This document shows positions 13,386 through 19,818 of a stretch of DNA of 33,747 nt, piece by piece. A program made the translations under genes and the position numbers. Location of the stretch: positions 1-33,747 of the forward strand of contig CAYMRI010000001.1 of assembly GCA_964392835.1 (NCBI GenBank). Reading direction: 5' to 3'. The notes beneath the pieces were generated by a model, which did not search any database, was not told the origin of the DNA, and worked only from the letters and a program-made list of their open reading frames with translations. The DNA is from an uncultured Eubacteriales bacterium. GTDB taxonomy: Bacteria > Bacillota > Clostridia > UBA1212 > CASDQQ01. The first letter of the stretch is position 1. Every line of letters starts with the position of its first letter.

Positions 13386-15002
13386 TTATGGCAGAATATC
13401 ACTGAACATAATCAGAGTGGATGTGACTTTTTCGTTTTCCGTCAGCGGCTTAAATGTGCCATCCCCGTAAAGAATATCCATAACCATGAGAGCAACCTGA
13501 TTGCTGACAAATCCACTAGCTCCCCATCCAATCACGAGGTCCTGCATTTGCGGCGGATAATTTTTCGCCTCCAGCATTGCAGATTCCAAAGCAAACTTCG
13601 CAAAGATTTCTTTTCGTTTTTCATCCAGAGCCGGAATTTTATCAAAAAACTCGTTTTCTGCTCCCTTTACCAGCATAATATTCACCTGATTGTCTTTCGT
13701 CAGATACTTCCGTTCTTTCAGTCGATGAAACTTTTCTGCATTGGCAGCATTGTCGGAAAGGGTGCCATTTAAAAATTCATATAAGTATTCATAGTCAGAA
13801 GTATAATTATTTTGCCAATAGCCAACACGAGAAGATAATCTGGAATCAATGGACCAGGAATATACTGCCGGGTATTTTCCCGAATCCCGAGTCATATTAC
13901 CGCAGGTCCAATAAGATGGTAACTGCAGTGTAGCTTTGTAATCCGGATCTGCCTGCACTTGCGGAAGATCTATATAAGCAATAAAATCGCCCCCTGCCGT
14001 TGTCTTAATATAATACTTGGAATAATCCTTTTGAATGGAAACATTGCATTTGTTTGCCACGCCGTAAAAAATTGCAGCTGCTTCCAACAATTCCCGATTG
14101 CCTCCCGGAATATAGACATCCTGCACATCTGCAATGGCAGCTCTCACCGCCGGGACATATTCCTGAACCAGAAGTTGGGCAACTTCCAGTTGCTTTTTTA
14201 AGTGATTCTCCCTTAACTCCAGGGAATAAGTCGTAGGGGAAAATCTTACATAAGTAGTAAATCGATTGCGGTCAATGGGAACTAAAAAGCCATTCCCCTC
14301 CAAAAAATTGATTTTGTCTTCAATATACACAGGGGTAACACCCAGTTCTTCTGCAATCTCTTCCCGACTCTTGGGCTCAAAATATACACTGTAAACAATA
14401 TTCAGATTCAGCTTATCGCCTAAATAATATTCCGGACCACCATTGGACCCCGGGTCCCCGCTGTGTCCAAAATTGGTAGCTGTAATTGGGGATAACCCCA
14501 GTTTTCCTATCTTTCTTTCCATTGAAAAACCCTCCTTTAATTCATTTCGCGCTTTGTTCAAGTGCCACTTGACCGTTCCTTGGGGCATGCCTAATTCCTT
14601 TGCAATCCAAGCAACCGTCTTGTCTTCGTAGTAGAACAAATAAACAATTTTTCGGCGTTTTTCTGTCAAGAAAGCAATTTCTCGCCGCAGACGCAGTATT
14701 TCTTCCTGGGATTTTTCGAAAGTATATGCATCCTGAACCGGAATTTCCATACCATCAATGGAAATGCCTTCCTGTTTCTTTTTAGAAGAAACATATTTGG
14801 AATAGGTATGCTCGCTAATTCGCCAGATGTACCCTTCCAGATTGACAATTTCCTCTGTTCTTAATAGGGAGAGATATACTTCCTGCACAATATCCGCACA
14901 TAAATCCTCTGCTTCTTCGTAGGAAAAGGATTTTTTCAGTGCAAACCCATAAATTTTTTGCAGATACTCTGTTATAATGCTGTCCGCTTTTTGCTTGTTC
15001 AT
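13386..15002 (-). CDS. Sigma-70 family (ECF-like) sigma factor fused to a roughly 370-aa C-terminal extension, 538 aa
   Basis: The N-terminal roughly 165 aa look like sigma region 2 (DLCADIVQEVYLSLL...YIWRISEHTY) plus region 4 (LTEKRRKIVYLFYYEDKTVAWIAKELGMPQGTVKWHLNKARNELK). A long soluble extension follows, with a second HTH-like segment (SREEIAEELGVTPVYIEDKINFLEGNGFLV) and no hydrophobic helix. GAGG is 7 nt before the ATG. Confidence 0.75.
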   Translation of the reverse strand: MNKQKADSIITEYLQKIYGFALKKSFSYEEAEDLCADIVQEVYLSLLRTEEIVNLEGYIWRISEHTYSKYVSSKKKQEGISIDGMEIPVQDAYTFEKSQEEILRLRREIAFLTEKRRKIVYLFYYEDKTVAWIAKELGMPQGTVKWHLNKARNELKEGFSMERKIGKLGLSPITATNFGHSGDPGSNGGPEYYLGDKLNLNIVYSVYFEPKSREEIAEELGVTPVYIEDKINFLEGNGFLVPIDRNRFTTYVRFSPTTYSLELRENHLKKQLEVAQLLVQEYVPAVRAAIADVQDVYIPGGNRELLEAAAIFYGVANKCNVSIQKDYSKYYIKTTAGGDFIAYIDLPQVQADPDYKATLQLPSYWTCGNMTRDSGKYPAVYSWSIDSRLSSRVGYWQNNYTSDYEYLYEFLNGTLSDNAANAEKFHRLKERKYLTKDNQVNIMLVKGAENEFFDKIPALDEKRKEIFAKFALESAMLEAKNYPPQMQDLVIGWGASGFVSNQVALMVMDILYGDGTFKPLTENEKVTSTLIMFSDILP

Positions 15003-15074
15003 TCTATTACCTCATTACTCCGACGCCGTTTTCGAATATATAGTGCGAAGAAATGAAAAAAGGTTGGCGATTTT

Positions 15075-17066
15075 TTATATCATTTCTGATTTTAGTTCCA
15101 AACAATCCAGCCCGTAAAAATACCCGGTAGACTTCTCATTCTTATCCAGCATTCTGACTTCCAGCACATGCAGCCCTTCTGTGAGAAAAATATCCTTCCC
15201 AATAGGAATGCGTTTAGAGCGAACTACCCCATCATGGTATAAATCCACAGGTTCGCCCAAAGAAACTCCGTCTATGAAATGGGATGCAATGCCATAATCC
15301 CCCGCCAGGGTAAAACGGGCAACAACATCATAATTTCCCGTCACAGGCACATTGACATAAAGTTTTAAATAACCATTTTTCTCTGCCATAAACAGCAACT
15401 GGTTGCCGTCAGACCAAAAACCGTGAAAGGGGTACATGTCCTGGACTTCCGCTTTTTGCATGCCGGAGCATTCTATGATTTTCATGGCTTCCCCTTCGTA
15501 AAACGTTTCGGGCTCCGGATAAGGCAATCCATAATAGGCAGTCCTCTCTTCCAGGGACACTTCGCCGTACCCGTCATCCTCCCCTTTTTTCATGTACCAG
15601 TAGTTGGTCACTACCTGGTTGGCATAGCCGTCCCGGTGATATTTTTCCAAATAAGCCACAAAAGATTGCAGGAACGGTACATTGTCAATGATGTGGAAGC
15701 GATTGTTCAGCCGATTGCCAATGCCCCACATACCACCGTTGGTAAAGGGTTGGGCATGATAAGGATAGGCAAAGGGATACCAGCTTCCCCAGGCGTAGCC
15801 AAAATAGTCTTCACTGCCGGTGCCAAACCAAGAAGGGAATTTTTCATCGTCCACGAAAAATTTTTCATCCCCTTCTCCCCACCACCAGTCGGGATGATTG
15901 GCCGGGTCGCCGGTGCCCATTTCTTTATATACATGTAAAGAGGTTCCTACAAATCTGCCGCTACCTTCCACGGATAAGAATTCTGCATCCGGCCATCGGT
16001 CAGAGTCCGTATCCGGGTCACAAAGCTGATTCCATTTTGCATGGAAGCGAAGCAATCCATCCGTTTCTACCTTGTCCATCTGCATAGCGGAAACGGTGTA
16101 TGTAACGGTGTAGGCAACCTCACCATCATTTTGTAACAGCAGTTTGGCACCGTCGCTGTAAGGCATATACCAGTTGCAGTACATGGTGCCGTCTTCCAAC
16201 ACACCCATAGGCAAACTGTGATAAGGGTGCAGACCACAGATACTACCGAAAAATCCCCCTAACGTGGTGTGTATGGCAGTTTCTATCTCTCCGTCCCAGT
16301 AGGCGGCGATGGCAAGCTGACTAAGGGCGTTCCAGTCATCCCCTGGTGCTTTCATCCCCTCTAATTTGACTGCAATTCTTGTAATAGCACCGGCATCTTC
16401 CGTTTCAAGCAGTATGGCACTGCCATGGGCCGGCACGGTGACAGTTTTCCCTTCTGCACAAGGCGCACCCGCTTCAGCTAAACCCTTCAAAATCCCCTCT
16501 GCCTCCATCAGTGCTTTCTCATTTTCTGAAGAAAGGGGCAAAGAAAAGGGTTCCACCGTTGTATCTCCCGGAAAAATAATATATCCCACATGAAAATACC
16601 GTCCCCAGTTGTCGTATGCCACCACTTTGCAAGAGGTGTTGTAGGGAATGGGCAGATAACAATTTTTTCCTCGGGCAGCATCGTAAGAAATGTGGGACAG
16701 ATGAAAAGGAAAAGCACCACCAAAGTAGTCGGAAAATGCCATATCCACTGCCGGAGTGGAGCTACCGTCAATGAATATTTTTACATGGCCACTTTCCGGT
16801 TGGGCAGACCACAGACGAACAATGGCGCCCGGCCCGGTTAAGTCTGCCAAAATAGCGCCGCCGTCTTCTGTGTAGTCAAAGGTGGTGCCCCAGTCGTCAT
16901 TGGCGTCCCAATGGATATAGCTATCGGTTGCCTGGTCATATTGGGAACGACGGTCATAGGAAGTGTATTCCCCCGCCTTCTCACCGGGGGCTACCGGCTG
17001 GGCAAGGGCTTTTAAATCTGTCATTTTATGTACCACATCTGCATAGGTTAAATTTCTTTCGGTCAT
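15075..17066 (-). CDS. DUF2961 (GH172-like) protein with an extra C-terminal beta-sandwich/CBM-like domain, 663 aa
   Basis: DWWWGEGDEKFFVDDEKFPSWFGTGSEDYFGYAWG is the characteristic DUF2961 block. There is no signal peptide. The start at 17066 (MTERNL) lies 7 nt after AGGAGG; the track extension to 17207 starts at a GTG without an RBS and crosses the predicted promoter. Confidence 0.78.
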   Translation of the reverse strand: MTERNLTYADVVHKMTDLKALAQPVAPGEKAGEYTSYDRRSQYDQATDSYIHWDANDDWGTTFDYTEDGGAILADLTGPGAIVRLWSAQPESGHVKIFIDGSSTPAVDMAFSDYFGGAFPFHLSHISYDAARGKNCYLPIPYNTSCKVVAYDNWGRYFHVGYIIFPGDTTVEPFSLPLSSENEKALMEAEGILKGLAEAGAPCAEGKTVTVPAHGSAILLETEDAGAITRIAVKLEGMKAPGDDWNALSQLAIAAYWDGEIETAIHTTLGGFFGSICGLHPYHSLPMGVLEDGTMYCNWYMPYSDGAKLLLQNDGEVAYTVTYTVSAMQMDKVETDGLLRFHAKWNQLCDPDTDSDRWPDAEFLSVEGSGRFVGTSLHVYKEMGTGDPANHPDWWWGEGDEKFFVDDEKFPSWFGTGSEDYFGYAWGSWYPFAYPYHAQPFTNGGMWGIGNRLNNRFHIIDNVPFLQSFVAYLEKYHRDGYANQVVTNYWYMKKGEDDGYGEVSLEERTAYYGLPYPEPETFYEGEAMKIIECSGMQKAEVQDMYPFHGFWSDGNQLLFMAEKNGYLKLYVNVPVTGNYDVVARFTLAGDYGIASHFIDGVSLGEPVDLYHDGVVRSKRIPIGKDIFLTEGLHVLEVRMLDKNEKSTGYFYGLDCLELKSEMI

Positions 17067-17094
17067 GGGATTTCCTCCTGTTGGATATATTCCT

Positions 17095-17123
17095 ATCATA
17101 ACAAAATCATCTTCCCTTGACAA
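17095..17123 (-). promoter_or_regulatory. SigmaA-type promoter (extended -10) for the DUF2961 gene
   Basis: On the minus strand: TTGTCA (17123-17118), a 17-nt spacer, then TGtTATGAT (-10 at 17100-17095). It lies about 30 nt upstream of the ATG at 17066. Confidence 0.55.
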
Positions 17124-17153
17124 ACTATCGTTAGTGTAAAATAGTTGTCCTTT

Positions 17154-17205
17154 GGCCGTTTCAAGCCTGTGCTTGGCCGCTTCGAGCCTCGACTCGGCCA
17201 ACTCC
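17154..17205. repeat. GC-rich 21-nt tandem repeat (about 2.5 copies) containing a 25-bp near-palindrome
   Basis: GGCCGTTTCAAGCCTGTGCTT (17154-17174), then GGCCGCTTCGAGCCTCGACTC (17175-17195), then GGCCAACTCC... Positions 17175-17199 read GGCCG-CT-TCGAG-C-CTCGA-CT-CGGCC, with 20 of 25 positions symmetric. It lies 30-85 bp upstream of the DUF2961 -35 box in an otherwise AT-rich intergenic region. Confidence 0.7.
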
Positions 17206-17241
17206 ACAACAACTTGACACTATTCAAACTATTCTATTGTG

Positions 17242-17279
17242 TTGCTAATATGCATATAATGTGTTACAATATGCATATA
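17242..17279 (+). promoter_or_regulatory. dinJ-yafQ promoter with a duplicated operator
   Basis: TTGCTA (17242-17247), a 17-nt spacer, then TACAAT (17265-17270). The 12-nt palindrome-containing box AATATGCATATA occurs twice (17247-17258 and 17268-17279), 21 bp apart, overlapping the spacer and the -10/transcription-start region. Confidence 0.6.
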
Positions 17280-17300
17280 CTAACAGCGGAGGTGTAATAT

Positions 17301-17573
17301 ATGGAATCTACTAATTTAAATATTCGAACGGATAAAGATGTCAAAATTGCAGCTGAAAAACTTTTTAACGCACTCGGACTGAACATGACCACTGCTGTCA
17401 ACATTTTTTTAAGACAGGCAATCAGAGAAAACGGCATTCCTTTCGAAGTAAAGATTCATGTGCCCAATGAAACCACTGCCACCGCTATTGAAGAAGGCAG
17501 AAAACTCGCACAGGATAATACTGTGAAAGGATATTCCGACATCGCTGATTTAAGGGCAGCGCTTGATGTATGA
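17301..17573 (+). CDS. dinJ: DinJ/RelB-family type II antitoxin, 90 aa
   Basis: NLNIRTDKDVKIAAEKLFNALGLNMTTAVNIFLRQAIRENGIPFEV is a DinJ-type ribbon-helix-helix N-terminus. RBS GGAGG is upstream. The gene overlaps the downstream YafQ-like gene by 11 nt. Confidence 0.88.
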   Translation: MESTNLNIRTDKDVKIAAEKLFNALGLNMTTAVNIFLRQAIRENGIPFEVKIHVPNETTATAIEEGRKLAQDNTVKGYSDIADLRAALDV

Positions 17574-17841
17574 AATTAAATTTACAAATCAATTTAAAAA
17601 AGATTTAAAACTGGCCAAAAAGCAAGGCAAAGATATAGAGAAGCTTTTTGGTATTGTAGAAAAATTGGCCAACAGACAGCCTTTGGAGGAAAAATATCGT
17701 GACCACGATTTATCCGGCAATTACAAAGGCTGCCGTGAATGTCATGTGGAACCGGACTGGCTACTTATTTATGAAGTGATTGATGACGTTTTGGTGTTAA
17801 TGCTTTATCGGGCAGGTAGCCACGCTGAATTATTCCGATAA
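17563..17841 (+). CDS. yafQ: YafQ-family type II toxin (RelE/ParE superfamily mRNA interferase), 92 aa
   Basis: YEIKFTNQFKKDLKLAKKQGKD...EKYRDHDLSGNYKGCRECHVEPDWLLIYEVIDDVLVLMLYRAGSHAELF matches the YafQ pattern (..H.L.G.....RECH..PDWLLIY.......L.L.RTGSH..LF). Confidence 0.88.
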   Translation: MMYEIKFTNQFKKDLKLAKKQGKDIEKLFGIVEKLANRQPLEEKYRDHDLSGNYKGCRECHVEPDWLLIYEVIDDVLVLMLYRAGSHAELFR

Positions 17842-17952
17842 CCCCCCTACCGGAACATTTGACTATCCAGCTGCAACTCGTCCACAAACCGGGTAATGAC
17901 CTGCAATTCTTTCTGCACTTCGTCCTCCATGCCCACTTTTACAAAACAATGT

Positions 17953-19818
17953 TTATTTCTGTGTCAGCCGCTGCATATGGTCTACCCCATAATAATGACT
18001 ACCCACCATATAAGCACCTTGTTTCAAGGCCTCCAGCATTTGTCCCGACTTCGAACAAGTAAAAACATATACATCGATAGAAGCCTTCTTGCAAATATCC
18101 ATAATTTCTTTTCTACAGTTTACCGGACTTAAGGCCAAATAACGAATATTCCTAGATTTACAAAACGCTACTGCCTCTCGGCAAATTTCAGGCAATTTTT
18201 CTGTGGATTCCTCAGCACAAACCACATAATAAATCAGATCCATGGTAAAACCGGCTTCTTGGAAGAAAAGAATATCGGTTTTTCTTTCCAACCGAAGCTT
18301 GAACTGGGTTTGTTTCAAGCCATACTGTTGCAACAAAGCGGGTATGGCAACCGCCATTTTTTGCAAAGTCTCTTTAGAGGGACGCCCTATCCCTAACACT
18401 ACCTGTATCTCTTTCTGTTTTAAAAGCGGGGTAACCTGTTTCAAAAAGTCTGCAAAGGATAGCGTGGAAAAACGGTTATAATATTTACAGTCAGCAAACT
18501 CCTGTGCGGTAAGTGCCTTGGCCTTTTCGCCTTCTGCCAAAGGAAGATTGAGCATTTTATAGGTATCCGCATGCCACCGATTCACGCAAACTGGCACATC
18601 ATCTGCAGTCAGGCGAAGATCCAATTGAAAATTTCCATAACCATTTTGATAGGAATGCTCAAAAGCTTCCATGGAATTGGTATTTTTATATCGCAAAGAA
18701 ATCCCACCCAAGGCAGGTGCTATCATACATTTTGGATAGCAGAAATCCTCTTTTGTCGTTTCTCTTTTCTTACACCACTTCTTTACGAACTGTTTTACCG
18801 CAGAATAGATGGGCTGCTTCTGGGCTTTTCCAGGAGCGCAACCTTCTTCCATGGCCTGCAACAATCGATTCACGGCATTTTCCGGTGTCATTTCCTCCGG
18901 GAACAAAAAACGTTCCGGATAACCAATCCGTTTGCCCCAAAAAGCAAGCTTCTGATTCCACACAAAGCCAATGCTGGGAATCCCCAAAGCATACGCAATA
19001 ATATTGGAGTGCATGCGACCTGCAATGACAGCCCGGAATTGGGCAATACTTTGCACCAAAGAAACAGAATCCATAGGAGTTAGCATTTTTTCGCCATGAC
19101 CGGTATACTCCAGCACTTCCTTTGCAAACAACTCATCATTGGTGTCTCCATTGGTAAAGGCCTTCCAAGAGAAGCCTTTTTCCTCTAATAACGTGATAAC
19201 CCCTTTCCAAAAATCCAACTGCATCTGCTTGGTAATTTGGGGATTCCCATAGTCTGCAAATATTTTATGCCGCACAATGCCAAGACCAATGACCTTTTTA
19301 TCTCGCAAAGCAGGCATATGCTTTAACTGTTTTGCATACACATCTTTTGTCCAAACTGCCACATCATACACCGGCAGGATTTGAATGTCCGGATTGGTAA
19401 TATAATCTCTTTTTAATGTTTCCACATCATCTCTGACACTAATGCTTTTTACGCAAGGCAAATTTAATGCTCTTTTAAAATTAACACTCTTTTCGTCATC
19501 AGGATGAAAGGCTTCTACCCCGATACCATTCAGCAGAACAGGTACATTGTATTTTTGTGCGGTCTCCAACAATTCCGGTATGTACAGCCAAAAATTTTCC
19601 GACGTACTCTTAAAAATCCCGCCTGCGAACACAACTGCATCCACATATTGAATTTGTTCTGCATCCCGAGAGTTAATGCTATAAGGAATAATGTCAAATT
19701 TTCTGGGAAACAGCGCTTTTTTCAATAAGTAATCATTGCTATCCCCAATGACGCTATCCCCCAAATTCATATTTGCTGTGTAAACCATTAAAATTTTTAA
19801 TTTCCGAAACATAGCCAT
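17953..19818 (-). CDS. Polysaccharide pyruvyl transferase-family domain fused to a C-terminal GDPD-like (degenerate) domain, 621 aa
   Basis: The N-terminal roughly 360 aa are KILMVYTANMNLGDSVIGD...AGRMHSNIIAYALGIPSIGFVWNQK, the PS_pyruv_trans pattern. The C-terminal roughly 250 aa begin MIAPALGG...NTNSMEAFEHSYQNGYGNFQLDLRLTADDVPVCVNRW, which parallels the GDPD opening motif. The start ATG at 19818..19816 overlaps the TGA of the upstream gene (ATGA). Confidence 0.7.
   Translation of the reverse strand: MAMFRKLKILMVYTANMNLGDSVIGDSNDYLLKKALFPRKFDIIPYSINSRDAEQIQYVDAVVFAGGIFKSTSENFWLYIPELLETAQKYNVPVLLNGIGVEAFHPDDEKSVNFKRALNLPCVKSISVRDDVETLKRDYITNPDIQILPVYDVAVWTKDVYAKQLKHMPALRDKKVIGLGIVRHKIFADYGNPQITKQMQLDFWKGVITLLEEKGFSWKAFTNGDTNDELFAKEVLEYTGHGEKMLTPMDSVSLVQSIAQFRAVIAGRMHSNIIAYALGIPSIGFVWNQKLAFWGKRIGYPERFLFPEEMTPENAVNRLLQAMEEGCAPGKAQKQPIYSAVKQFVKKWCKKRETTKEDFCYPKCMIAPALGGISLRYKNTNSMEAFEHSYQNGYGNFQLDLRLTADDVPVCVNRWHADTYKMLNLPLAEGEKAKALTAQEFADCKYYNRFSTLSFADFLKQVTPLLKQKEIQVVLGIGRPSKETLQKMAVAIPALLQQYGLKQTQFKLRLERKTDILFFQEAGFTMDLIYYVVCAEESTEKLPEICREAVAFCKSRNIRYLALSPVNCRKEIMDICKKASIDVYVFTCSKSGQMLEALKQGAYMVGSHYYGVDHMQRLTQK

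Noticed and set aside
15075-17207. The 710-aa version of the DUF2961 ORF, with a heptad-repeat N-terminal extension (ELAESRLEAAKHRLETAKG...).
   Set aside because: The extension starts at a GTG with no RBS and runs through a good -35/-10 promoter. An AGGAGG-7 nt-ATG lies at 17066. The 'heptads' are simply the translation of the 21-nt DNA tandem repeat. I called the CDS as 15075-17066.
17846-17929. A 27-codon minus-strand ORF (MEDEVQKELQVITRFVDELQLDSQMFR) between the yafQ gene and the end of the pyruvyl-transferase gene.
   Set aside because: It has no RBS and no promoter and is too short to assess. It could be a remnant of a decayed gene, but nothing supports it as a functional CDS.
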